Shown one piece after another: positions 29,136 through 39,611 of a stretch of DNA of 64,000 bases. The translations under genes were made by a program, and so were the position numbers. The number at the start of each line of letters is the position of its first letter. Position 1 is the stretch's first letter. Under the pieces are notes generated by a model. The model was given only the letters and a program-made list of their open reading frames with translations. It was not told where the DNA came from and searched no databases. Origin of the DNA: Candidatus Tagabacteria bacterium (GTDB lineage Bacteria; Patescibacteriota; Minisyncoccia; GCA-002779875); contig CAWGAO010000008.1 of the NCBI GenBank assembly GCA_963820595.1, positions 9,857-73,856 on the forward strand. The letters are read 5' to 3'.

Positions 29136-30500
29136 CTACTGGATAGTATAAAAACAAAAATCCCGTCCCGCAATTTGACGGGACGGGATTAATTCTGTTT
29201 GATTTTTAAAAATTTTACGGCCAAAGGCCTCTTGCTGAGCGGCTTCGGCTACCCGACCAACGCCCAAAAGATAAGCCGCCAAACGGGTAGTGATTTTCTT
29301 CCCATTTTTTTCGTAGATATCAACCACGCTCTTAAAAGCCTTATCCATGATTTTTTTCAACTTTTCGTTGACATCCGCTTCTTCCCAATAAAGTTCCTGG
29401 ATATTCTGGACCCATTCAAAATAAGAAACCGTCACTCCGCCGGCATTTGCCAGAATATCGGGGATAACAAAGATTCCTTTTTGATGCAAAATATCATCCG
29501 CCTCAAGCGTTGTCGGCCCATTTGCGCCTTCCGCAATAATCTTTGCCTTGATTTGCGGCGCATTATCGGCAGTAATGGCGTTTTCCAAAGCGCAAGGTGC
29601 GAGAATGTCGCAAGGCAAAAGCAATAAATCATCGTTTGAAATCTGGAAAGATCCTACAGTTAGAATTGACATAATTTACAACTGAACCATTCGCTTTTTT
29701 GACCTTTAAAACTTCATCTACATTAAGACCAGCGGGATTACAAATCCCACCCCCAGCTGTCGGAAACAGCGATAATTTTCACTCCTTCATTTTGAAGCAG
29801 TTTTGCCGTCCAATAGCCGACATTGCCGAATCCCTGAACCACTGCTGTTGCGGTTTTCGGATCAATTCCCAGATAATTCATCGCCTGCAAAGCGGTATAC
29901 ATACAGCCGCGGCCGGTTGCCGCTTCTCTTCCGAGAGAACCGCCATCACGCTAAAGGTTTGCCGGTTACCACTCCCGGACAAGGATGGCCGAGCAAGCAT
30001 GGAGTAAGTATCCATAATCTCCGCCATTCTTTTAGCATTTGTTCCTACATCAGGAGCGGGAATATCTTTATCCGGGCCAATGATGTGAGATATGGCGTAA
30101 GTGTATCTTCGTGTTAAATTCCGCAATTCGTCTTCTGACATTTCTTTCGGATTGCAGATAATTCCTCCCTTGGCTCCGCCAAAAGGAACATTCACAACTG
30201 CGCATTTCCAAGTCATCCACATTGCCAATGCCTTAACTTCATCCAAATTAACATCCGGATGATAACGTATGCCTCCTTTAGCCGGTCCCCGCGCAAAACT
30301 GTGCTGTACGCGATAGCCCGTAAAAACTTTAACATGGCCATCATCCATTTTCATAGGAAGAGGAACTTCAAAAATGTTAGCGGGCCCCCGGATAGAAAAT
30401 CTGGTTTCTTCATCTAACTTCAAAAAATCTGCTGCTCGGTCGAATTGCTCTAATGCTGTTAGATAAGGATTCTGTTTATTGTGTTTGTTTTTCCTGGCAT
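29136..30500 (-). CDS. gdhA: glutamate dehydrogenase, 2-3 apparent frameshifts
   Basis: [15 protein letters not shown] and C-terminal GDH blocks found on three frames. Confidence 0.75.
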
Positions 30501-30553
30501 ATCTTTCTACCTCCTTGTAGAATTAGTGCTTAGCATCTCCGGCAAGCCCCGTT

Positions 30554-30657
30554 AGAAGTTCAACTATAGCTTGAGATTAAGCATCCTCCGAAAGCGAATC
30601 CGCCTAATGGCTCTATCTCTAACTAAAATATAATTTATTGAAAACCTCTAACGGGGC
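30554..30657 (+). mobile_element. MITE-like palindromic element, tandem copy 1
   Basis: ccccgttagaag...cttctaacgggg termini; internal aagcgaatccgcctaatggc. Confidence 0.55.
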
Positions 30658-30730
30658 AAGCGCAATTATTTATCATTATTTTGTAAAAGATTTAATCCAA
30701 CCATATTCTAGAACCTGCTTTTTTAATGTC

Positions 30731-30852
30731 AACCCCGTTAGAAGTTCAGCTATGGTCTGGAGTTAAGCAACCTCCTAAAGCGAATCCGCCTAACGGCTTT
30801 GTTTTTAAATAAAATATGGGTTAGATGAAAACTTCTAACGGGGTCAACCCCC
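30731..30852 (+). mobile_element. MITE-like palindromic element, tandem copy 2 (~90% identical to copy 1)
   Basis: same termini and internal block. Confidence 0.55.
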
Positions 30853-30863
30853 TGTCCGCTGTT

Positions 30864-33394
30864 TTATAGCCCCTGTAAATCCTGGCTGGTAAACTCGATT
30901 TTTGAGCCCCGATCGACCTTGCCCGCGATTATCCACTCTGCTATTTTTTTCTCGACTCGGTCGGTAATGGCGCGTTGCATCGGCCGCGCTCCGAAAACCG
31001 GGTCATATCCGATTTCGGCAACCTTATCAAGAAGAACATCGTTAATAACTAAATCAATTTCTTTTTGCGCAAGTAGGCGTTTTCTCAATTTTTCAAGCAT
31101 TAATTTCGCGATTGTTTTTAAATTCTCTCGGCTCAAATGGCGGAAAATGATAATCGCGTCAAAACGGTTTAAAAGCTCCGCCTTGAAAGTGCCCGCTTTT
31201 TGAATCGAATCGATTACCGCTTCTTTCAAGGCGGACGGGTCAACTCCCTTTTTTCCCATTTCCCAAATCAGCTGCGACGCTGCGTTCGAAGTCGCAATGA
31301 TGATGTTGTTGCGCGTAAAAACTTTTTTACCGAAAGCATCGGTGAAAAATCCCTCATCAAGAATCTGTAAAAACAAATCCATTACCTTCGGGTGGCATTT
31401 TTCAAATTCATCCAAAAGCAGAAGCCCGTACGGCCGCTCGCGCAATTTTGAAGCCAAGAGCCCCGGTTCGTTTTTTTCAAACGAGCCGATCAAGCGCTCA
31501 AGGCCGTTTTCATTCTGATACTCGCTCATGTCAAACCGAAGCATTGCTTCTTCGTTTCCGAAATATATCTCCGCCAGAGCTTTGGCGGTTTCGGTTTTTC
31601 CGACGCCGGTGGGACCAAGAAAAAGAAACGAACCAAGGGGCTTTTTTGTTTCCTGCAATCCCGTTCTCACTCTCCGCACCGCCGCGCTGATTGCCGAAAT
31701 CGCTTCTTCCTGGTCAACGACCCGCTGATGAAGAATTTCTTCCAAATGCAGTAATTTTTCTTTTTCTTCCGGCAGCAACGCCCCGAGCGGCATTTTTGTT
31801 TTCAGGCTGACCAGCGCCGAAATGTCATCCGGAGTAATAATCGCCCTGCCCTGGCCGGAAACTTGGGCGCTCACGGTTTCCAAAATATCAATAGCCCGCT
31901 CCGGCAGGCGCCTTCGGTCAAATAAGTAGTGGATGCATTCGCGATTTCACGGATAGTCTGAAACAGAAATATAACGCCTCTCGTTCCTTCGAGCTCCAAT
32001 GAAACGTCTTCGAGGATTTCGAAAAGTTCTTTGCTGTCGGGTTCTTCGACTCTGACGATTTCGAAATACTGCATCAAGGAACTGTCCGATTCCAGATACC
32101 GCTTGAATCCGCCGGAATCGGAAATGGCGATAACCTGCAAATAATTGCTGGCGAGGTAAGGCGAAACTACTTGAGTTAAAGAAACTCCGAGCGCTTCAGC
32201 CGATTTCAAAAACTCCGCGAAATTATCAATAACCAAAATAATGTTGCCGGCGCGAACGGCGTCATTAAAAAGACGGATGATAAGATTTTCCAAGTCGCCC
32301 TTGGTTTTGGCGGAAGCGACGAGCGCGCCGGCATCGAGCTCGAGCAAACGCTTGAATTCCAGTTCCGGCCTTATCCTTCCGCGTTTAATCATTTCGCCGA
32401 AACCGGCCACGACGGTCCGCTTCCCTACGCCCGGCTCGCCGACAATCAAAACATTTGCTTGAGCGGTACGGGATAAAATCGCCTCAATCGCCTCAATCTG
32501 TTTCTGGTGGCCCGTAAAATGCAAAGCCTTATGTTCGACGGAAAAATCGGCCCCTTGGGAAAAAGGCGTCGCGTAACGGTCTAAAAGATAAGTGGCGGCA
32601 TTCGCCCAATCTTTGGCAATGCCCTGGATTCGAGCAAGATTTTCTTCCAGCCACCAATGCGACACTTTTTCTTTTTTTTGAGAAAGCTCGCTTGCCCATT
32701 CAAGGACGCCGCCGATATCCTCTTTTTTAATCTTCATTTCAAAAAAGAATTGGAAAAGATTCTCATCTTTTTCCAATATCGCCATAATCACGTCGCTTGC
32801 GCCCACTTCCTGTTTATTTTTTGACCGCGCTTCTTTTAAAATATCTTCGAAAAGCGGCAGCGGGCTTTCTTTTATCGCCTCGTCGGAAAAATTCTTATTG
32901 AGAGTGTCGAGAAAATCTTTGGCGTCAAGACCGAGATGCAGAAAAGAAAATTTTCCGATTTCGGTTTCGGTAAAAGTCTTGAGAATGTTCGGCCCGGAAA
33001 TAAATTTGCGGCGATAAACGGTTTTAGAAATAAGGGAGGCGGCTTCAAAATCCAAATAGTCGGCGATGTTTTGCGATTCCTTAGGAACGAATTCGAGATT
33101 GGATTTCGAACGATAAAAACTCTCAAGCGAAAAAATAACCAGCCTGAAGGCGAGAATCAGGAAAACAAAATCAGTAATCTTTTTCTGAAGCACCAAATTG
33201 TCTATGCCCTTTATCAAACCGGGTTTCAGCACGGAAAGCGCGGCGATGGCGAGAATGGATAATACGATAAGTATGTCAAAAAATTTCGCGAGTCCGCGGC
33301 GAATTTTTTTCGGGAACGCGTTATCAAGCCAAAGCACGGAAGCGAATCTGCTTTTCTTTAAATCGAAATTAAATTGTCCGGCATCATTCAACAT
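30864..33394 (-). CDS. Clp/Hsp100-family double AAA+ ATPase with N-terminal transmembrane segment, one apparent frameshift near 31875
   Basis: two Walker A sites (GEPGVGKRT, GPTGVGKTE); N-terminal 100 aa contain two hydrophobic helices. Confidence 0.65.
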
Positions 33395-33395
33395 G

Positions 33396-33752
33396 TTAGA
33401 AAAATATCATTACTCCTCTTGAAAAACACAAAATAATTAGAAAAGGCCAACCGAGCCAAAGAATAAGCATGAGAATTCCGACGATAACGACAAACAACTC
33501 GGCCAGAAGCCCGATAAAAATAGTAAAGATGCGGATGACAAAACCGATAAGCCGCATCATTACATTGATGAGAAAAGTTTCGAAATATCGCGCCGGGTCG
33601 AATCCGCGGCCGTAATATTCCCGTATCCTCCGCCACGGCTGGATAAGTGTGCGCAAAAGCAGGCCGAGCGAAAAAAACTGGCTCACGAACCAAAGAAAAT
33701 TTTTCCAAATAATAAGACCCCTCCTTGAGAGCTCGCGAGTAATGCCAGGCAA
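33396..33752 (-). CDS. small polytopic membrane protein, stop 1 nt before Clp ATPase ATG
   Basis: three hydrophobic helices; translationally coupled arrangement. Confidence 0.5.
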   Translation of the reverse strand: MPGITRELSRRGLIIWKNFLWFVSQFFSLGLLLRTLIQPWRRIREYYGRGFDPARYFETFLINVMMRLIGFVIRIFTIFIGLLAELFVVIVGILMLILWLGWPFLIILCFSRGVMIFF

Positions 33753-33865
33753 AATAATTTTTTACGAAAACTAACGCGCCCATGAGTGTATTTTACCGTG
33801 AAGCGTCGAAAATAACAAAAAATCGACTTTCATTAACACTCGTTCCTTTATTTTTGACAAAAAGG

Positions 33866-33898
33866 AAAGCCCCGCCTAACAAAGGCGGGGCTTTGTTC
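33866..33898. terminator. bidirectional terminator aaagccccgcctaacaaaggcggggcttt
   Basis: 9-bp GC stem with flanking A/T runs. Confidence 0.65.
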
Positions 33899-34157
33899 AG
33901 AAAGCCGACAACGGGCACTCATGCAAAATCTTGCAGGGCTGGACAGGTCACTCGGGCCTCTGCCGCGGGCGCAGGCGCGAGATCTTCCTCTATCGCCAGA
34001 TAACAAAGATTGTTGAGTGGACAGCGCATCTTCCGCTCGCTCTCTGAATCTTTAAAAACCTTATAACGAGCTATTCTAATTTTTAATGGTATCCGGTAAA
34101 AATAGTTTGTCAAATTCCATTATAATTTCCCTTTTTGAAAATACGGCGGCAATTTTT

Positions 34158-34553
34158 TTAAAAGATTCTCTTAAAAATAGACGGCTTAGTCTTGGCGGCT
34201 ATTTGCCCTTCAATTTCTTTATTTGTTTTATCTATCAGCGCTTTAATTCTCTCCGCTTCCTGCTCCACGATTTCGCCGTCATATTCCCCGCTATGAGCGG
34301 TGACTCCGGCGTAAGTCGGCTTTTTCTGGTCCAAATGTAAATTTACGAACAGCGTGTCGCCCTCTTTGTGCGCGTAAACGTGAAATTTCGGATACTGATC
34401 CGCGCCGCAGCCGCCGGCTAAAAGCGTCTTCGCCCGTGTTGGATTTTTTCTCTCAAAACCGTAACCGGCTCTCCTCATCAAAAACAAAGCGGTTTCCTTT
34501 ACGTTTTGAAAAATTAATTTCATCTTATTTAAATGATATCTCAAAAAAGACAA
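34158..34553 (-). CDS. hypothetical protein (131 aa)
   Basis: last gene of three-gene - strand cluster. Confidence 0.4.
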   Translation of the reverse strand: MSFLRYHLNKMKLIFQNVKETALFLMRRAGYGFERKNPTRAKTLLAGGCGADQYPKFHVYAHKEGDTLFVNLHLDQKKPTYAGVTAHSGEYDGEIVEQEAERIKALIDKTNKEIEGQIAAKTKPSIFKRIF

Positions 34554-34599
34554 AAATAAAATCGGCCTAGCAAGCGGCCGATTCTTTTCCCTTACAAAT

Positions 34600-35133
34600 T
34601 TAACTTACCGTCCCTATCAGCGCTACCTGGCAAACGATTTTTCGAGGCGGCCATTCCAGCTTTAAGCCGGCATTTTCACACGTCTGGGTCACATTCACTC
34701 CCATCGCTTCCGGATTAAAAATAACCGAATCCCCGAAATCGCCGACGAAGAGCTCCCCGAAAATAAATTTTTTGATTTCGCTCTTCAGGTGGTTCTGCCA
34801 ATGGCGCGAATTTCTTAAAGCCCTGTCCGTCCAATCCAAATGCTGCTTCTTTTTCAAATTAAGATATTCCTTAAAATCGAAAATAACTGCCGCGACATAA
34901 ACTTTCTCGCCGAAAAGATCAAGAAAAAAATCGGCTTGTGGCGGACAATCAATTTTCTTTCCGTATTTTGGACATCCGTTAGAGTGATTAAAATACGGAT
35001 GAAGACAAAGTCTTTGAATCGCCGGATCGCAAATAACATTAGTCGGACCCAAGATAATTTTTTTACGATGAATCAGGCTTATCGGATTCTCTTTCATTCT
35101 CGCCACCCTGCCTTTATTTATTTTATTTATCAA
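34600..35133 (-). CDS. Cys-rich hypothetical protein (177 aa)
   Basis: CLHPYFNHSNGCPKYGKKIDCPP cluster; overlaps upstream gene by 11 nt. Confidence 0.4.
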   Translation of the reverse strand: MINKINKGRVARMKENPISLIHRKKIILGPTNVICDPAIQRLCLHPYFNHSNGCPKYGKKIDCPPQADFFLDLFGEKVYVAAVIFDFKEYLNLKKKQHLDWTDRALRNSRHWQNHLKSEIKKFIFGELFVGDFGDSVIFNPEAMGVNVTQTCENAGLKLEWPPRKIVCQVALIGTVS

Positions 35134-35800
35134 GATACATTAAACCTGCCAAATTTCTAACATAAAATCCTACGCTTTGCAATAGAAAAATTTGAATTTT
35201 CTGAGTACTGGGATAATCGGCTTCAGATATTACTAAATCATCTGAACCTTTTTGAACTTCTGCGGCCTGCGATATTAAACTGTGAAGCTGTTCGGCATCA
35301 GCAGAAATTAAGGGAATAGAAATATCGGGACGATATGTTGTATTTGTCCTGCCTCTTCCGCTTGAAGAAATAACTAATTGTCCGGGAGATGAAGTAAATC
35401 CCTGTAAAATCTCGAGCTCAAAAACCCTTAAAAGCGGCCCGCGCCGAGTAGCAATGTTTTGCATTATTTTGAAATCAACGGTTTTTGTCGAAGGAAAAAT
35501 TACGCCGGATGTGACAGAAATCTTGTCGGGATTTACTACAAATGAATACATTTTGTAATACAAAACGTTATACAACGTCATGAGGCAAAAAAGAGCAAAA
35601 GGAATACCGAATACAATAAGCGGGCCCATTGAACCCGTATTAACAGTAGTAGGATTACCGTTAACCGTCACATTCATTATTCCTTTCCCCGCAATAAAAT
35701 TAAGCACAATTGCGATAATTATTATAAAAATAAGAGTTCCTACTAGCCGATACCAAATTACTTTTTGAGATAATCTTGTCGAAATTCCAAATTGAATCAT
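35123..35800 (-). CDS. membrane protein with bacterial PH-like domain (YdbS/YdbT-like)
   Basis: two N-terminal TM helices then soluble domain. Confidence 0.45.
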   Translation of the reverse strand: MIQFGISTRLSQKVIWYRLVGTLIFIIIIAIVLNFIAGKGIMNVTVNGNPTTVNTGSMGPLIVFGIPFALFCLMTLYNVLYYKMYSFVVNPDKISVTSGVIFPSTKTVDFKIMQNIATRRGPLLRVFELEILQGFTSSPGQLVISSSGRGRTNTTYRPDISIPLISADAEQLHSLISQAAEVQKGSDDLVISEADYPSTQKIQIFLLQSVGFYVRNLAGLMYLDK

Positions 35801-35942
35801 AGTATTAATTTGAAAATTATTAAAAATTGCAACCTTACTTATAGCTTAACCCCCTCTGATGCCTTTTACAACATTGATTGCGATAAGACAAAATTGCGGA
35901 TTTAAATCCGCAATTTTGTCTGAAATTTCAAAAAAGTTTAAG

Positions 35943-36016
35943 CTGGTCGGGCTGCTGGGAGTCGAACCCAGTCTACATCCACCCCATGGACGCGTACTGC
36001 CGTCATACTCCAGCCC
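35943..36016 (-). tRNA. tRNA-Pro (GGG)
   Basis: rc CGGGCTGGAGTATGACGGCAGTACGCGTCCATGGGGTGGATG...GGTTCGACTCCCAGCAGCCCGACCA; anticodon loop ATGGGGT. Confidence 0.8.
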
Positions 36017-36036
36017 GTGGAAAATAGCCTCAAAGA

Positions 36037-36234
36037 TTAAATTTTCGCGGTAAGATGTTTTCCCTTTTTTAGACAAGAGGTGCAGATTTTGATTCGTTTT
36101 CCACTGGGCAAGCGCGCCCATTGGAGATTGGGATATTTCCTTTTCGTTTTTGTGGGATTGTATTTGCCGCGCAAGAGGTTTCTTTTCCCTCCCATCCGGC
36201 TGCCTTTTTTGCAGATAGGACAAAATTTTGCCAT
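36037..36234 (-). CDS. rpmB: 50S ribosomal protein L28
   Basis: MAKFCPICKKGSRMGGKRN...YPNLQ... L28 family pattern with Zn-binding Cys. Confidence 0.7.
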   Translation of the reverse strand: MAKFCPICKKGSRMGGKRNLLRGKYNPTKTKRKYPNLQWARLPSGKRIKICTSCLKKGKHLTAKI

Positions 36235-36280
36235 ATTGGTATACTATATATATTAACGCTCTTTCGCGCAAGAGATTTTT

Positions 36281-36895
36281 ATGGAAGTAATCTTTGCAAT
36301 CGCAATTTTAATACTGTCGGTAATGCTCCATGAGATTTCTCACGGTTACATGGCTTACGCTTTAGGAGACCCGACTGCCAAATACGCCGGCCGCCTGACC
36401 TTAAATCCCTTAAAACATCTCGACCCTTTGGGTTCGATTATTCTTCCTCTTCTTACCTACCTTACCGGCGGATTCATCATCGGCTGGGCAAAACCCGTAC
36501 CTTTCAATCCTTACAATCTTAGAAATCAAAAATGGGGTCTGGCCCTTGTCGGCATTGCCGGACCCGCGGCAAATTTCTTACTGGTTGCGGTTTTCGCCAT
36601 AATCTTTCACGCGAGCTATTATTTTGCTTTCCTGCCCGCATCATTTTCCCAGCTCACCGCCCTTATCATTCTCATAAATCTGACACTGGGAGTATTTAAT
36701 TTGATACCGATACCGCCTCTCGACGGCTCAAGATTGCTCTTCTCCCTGCTGCCTTATCGCTGGCAAAGGATTCAGTTTATTCTGGAACGATACGCTTTCA
36801 TTTTTATTCTGATTTTCGTTTTCTTTATCTGGCAGCTTCTTTTCTTGCCAATCGTTTCTATTTTGTTTAAGTTGATTACGGGACTCGGATTTTAA
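36281..36895 (+). CDS. site-2 protease (M50) family membrane metalloprotease
   Basis: HEISHG motif in first TM region; multi-pass hydrophobic. Confidence 0.7.
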   Translation: MEVIFAIAILILSVMLHEISHGYMAYALGDPTAKYAGRLTLNPLKHLDPLGSIILPLLTYLTGGFIIGWAKPVPFNPYNLRNQKWGLALVGIAGPAANFLLVAVFAIIFHASYYFAFLPASFSQLTALIILINLTLGVFNLIPIPPLDGSRLLFSLLPYRWQRIQFILERYAFIFILIFVFFIWQLLFLPIVSILFKLITGLGF

Positions 36896-36968
36896 TTATT
36901 TTAATCTGGTCCGAAAATTCAGCTCTTTGAAATTAAACCGTTCTGAACAACAGAAGGAGGATTAAATA

Positions 36969-38481
36969 GTGGAAGAAAGATTTGACGTAATAATTGTCGG
37001 TTCCGGCCCGGCCGGAATGTCGGCGGCGCTTGAAATCATAAAAATGAAACCAACCGCGAAAATCGCGATTTTCGAACAAGGAAAAATCCGCCTTACTTCC
37101 GACAGGGGAAAACCGAAATATTCCACCCGCGGGTGGGGCGGCGCCGGCACTTTTTCCGACGGAAAATTAAATCTCACTTGGGAATCCGGCGGTCAATTGA
37201 TTGACGTCATTTCCGAAGAAAAATTCGAAGAATTGATGCATGATGTTGACGAACAATACTTGAAATTCGGCGGAGACCAGGGGACGTTAAAAATTCCCGA
37301 CGAAAAAATGGCCAAAGCCCTGAAAATTGAAGCTCTGTCCGCCGGTTTCAAAGATTTCATTTATTTTCCCACGCGGCACTGGGGAACCGACTCCGCCTAT
37401 TTCATTGTCGAAAAAATCCGGCAATATCTTGTTTCATGGACGTTGAAATATATCTCGAAACGGAAATTATCAACATCCAGAAAATCCGACGTTAGAGTTT
37501 TTGCTGACTTCTTCGAAAAACGGGTATTTAAAAGCGGTATCGCCATTATGGCCGTCGGCAGAGGCGGAAACGAACAAACAAGCGACATAGCCAAAAATTT
37601 CGGCCTGAAAATTACAGATAACGGCGTTGATATCGGCGTAAGATTGGAAACTCTGGCCGAGACGCTTGAAAAATTTACCGACGTGGTGCAGTCGCCGAAA
37701 CTCGTCTATAACTCAAAACGAAACGGCAAAGAAGTGAGAACGTTTTGCGTCTGTCCGCGCGGCTTTGTGCGGCTGGAAGCTTAGCTAGGAGTCTTGACGG
37801 TAAACGGCGAAAGTTATTCGGAAATGTCGGGCATCAAATCGAAAAACACAAACTTCGCGATTCTGGTGCACGAAAAGTTCGACAAAACTTTTCACGACCC
37901 TATCGGGTACGGCAACAAAATCGCCAGCTTAGCCAATCATCTGGGAAAAACCGTCATTGTCCAAACCTGGAGCGATTTTCTGAAAGGCCGCCGCTCCACG
38001 CCCAAACGCATCAAAGAAGGCGGAGTTGTCCCGACTTTGAAAAAAGCAACGCCGGGCAGTATCGGCTCAGTCGTGCCTTACGATTTTATGGTCGCGAATC
38101 GAAGAATTCATCGTAGAACCGTTAAGAAAAGTCGCTCGGCGATAAACCCGGATACAATCCTCGATCTACGGCGGCGAAGTCGTACCAAACAATGTAATGT
38201 GCGGCATTATGAAAAAATTAAAGCTTCTGGGAGAAATGACTCCTATGAATCCCGACAATGTTCTGCTTTTGGGTCCGGAAGTAAAGCAATACGCGGAAAG
38301 GCCGGAATTGGACAAAAACTGCCAAAATAAAATTAAAAACCTTTATATGGTCGGCGACGGAAGCGGATGGACCCGGGGAATTATGCAGGCATCAATGATG
38401 GGCATCATCAGCGCCCGCCACATCTTTTCGAAAGGGAACATTGTAAAAATCAACGGCGTCAGTCCGCAAATGAGGACTTGA
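36969..38481 (+). CDS. FAD-dependent oxidoreductase-like protein (COG2509-type), 2 apparent frameshifts
   Basis: VIIVGSGPAGMSAA Rossmann start; C-terminal GDGSGWTRGIMQA; GTG start. Confidence 0.6.
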
Positions 38482-38490
38482 CGCTTTTTT

Positions 38491-38618
38491 TGTTTACCCC
38501 GTTAGAAGTTTTTAACAAAACACATTTTAAGAAAAACTAAAGCCGTTAGGCGAATTCGTTCCCTTAAAAGGTCATATTATTTAAAGCCCTACTTGAACTT
38601 CTAACGGGGTATGTGCTA
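38491..38618 (-). mobile_element. MITE-like palindromic element, inverted orientation
   Basis: cccgttagaag...cttctaacgggg with rc of internal conserved block. Confidence 0.55.
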
Positions 38619-38660
38619 TCTTCTTTAAAGAAGATTCTTTGAAATAAAAAGGAGAAAAGA

Positions 38661-39398
38661 ATGAGCGAAGGAAAAAAACGTCTTGATGAATCTTTATCAA
38701 GGTCTTCTTTGGTTAAAAGCGAAACAGGTATGTCAGAAGTGGACATTGATTTATCGGCAATATCGATTTCTTCAAGTGGCAATATCCAGCCAGCGCCAGA
38801 AAAACAACAAGAAGAAATAAAAGCAGAAAAAGAAAAAACCGAAGAAAAAATTGATGATAATATCTTTCTTAACGAATGGGCGGAAAAAATATGCCAAACA
38901 ATGGATAAAACCTGGAAAGGGCTTACTAAGTTGCATTCTTTCTGCGCGGAAGAAGAAAAAAAATTCCTGGAAGAAATGGACGGAAAGCAATTCGGCAAAT
39001 TTATAACCACTTTCAAGCCGGAAAAAGGTTCTTTCATATACCTCAAAGTAGGAGATTGCGAAATAGGACCGCATTATTCTCCAAGCTTCATTTACAAAGA
39101 AAAAATCAAAAGTTTCCTGGAACGCCAGGAAAACTCCTTGGAAATTATCCAAGAAATAATAATGCGATTAGCCACCATTCCCATCTTCGCCCGGATGATT
39201 CGCGGGAGAATCCTTTATCCAGAAATCGGGGAAATGGAAAAGAAAATCGCGGATTTGGAAGAAAAAGTGAAGGACAAAAACGAAAAACTGCGCATGTCTC
39301 TGGATATGTGGAACTGTCTGTCTAATGAAATAAATTCTTCTCTTACCAGAGCAAACTCTCTTTTTTACGCCCTGCTCGATGAATCGAAAAAAGAATAA
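38661..39398 (+). CDS. coiled-coil hypothetical protein (245 aa), paralog of N-terminal half of next gene
   Basis: shares RGRILYPEIGEMEKKIADLEEKVKDKNEKL block with 39612 gene (RRDILYPEVAEEVAEMKKENNFL...). Confidence 0.55.
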   Translation: MSEGKKRLDESLSRSSLVKSETGMSEVDIDLSAISISSSGNIQPAPEKQQEEIKAEKEKTEEKIDDNIFLNEWAEKICQTMDKTWKGLTKLHSFCAEEEKKFLEEMDGKQFGKFITTFKPEKGSFIYLKVGDCEIGPHYSPSFIYKEKIKSFLERQENSLEIIQEIIMRLATIPIFARMIRGRILYPEIGEMEKKIADLEEKVKDKNEKLRMSLDMWNCLSNEINSSLTRANSLFYALLDESKKE

Positions 39399-39611
39399 AA
39401 TTAACGGCGCGTGCCCTGTTTATTTGCCTCGTATGGCCCCACTCCGCCGTGACGGAACAAGGCGAAACGGACCGGTAAACAGGCTTGACGCCGTTTTTGT
39501 TTGTGCTATAAATGGGAGCGGCGGGAGGTCTTTGACAACCCGACTACCAAAACCGGTTTCTTGGACGAGTCAGCCCAGGGCTGATTAGCCGCAAGGAAAA
39601 GGAGGAGAAAG

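Noticed and set aside
30554-30852. Possible CRISPR array
   Set aside because: Only two copies, each ~120 nt and internally palindromic, with a 75-nt gap. No cas genes. Fits MITE-like repeats instead.
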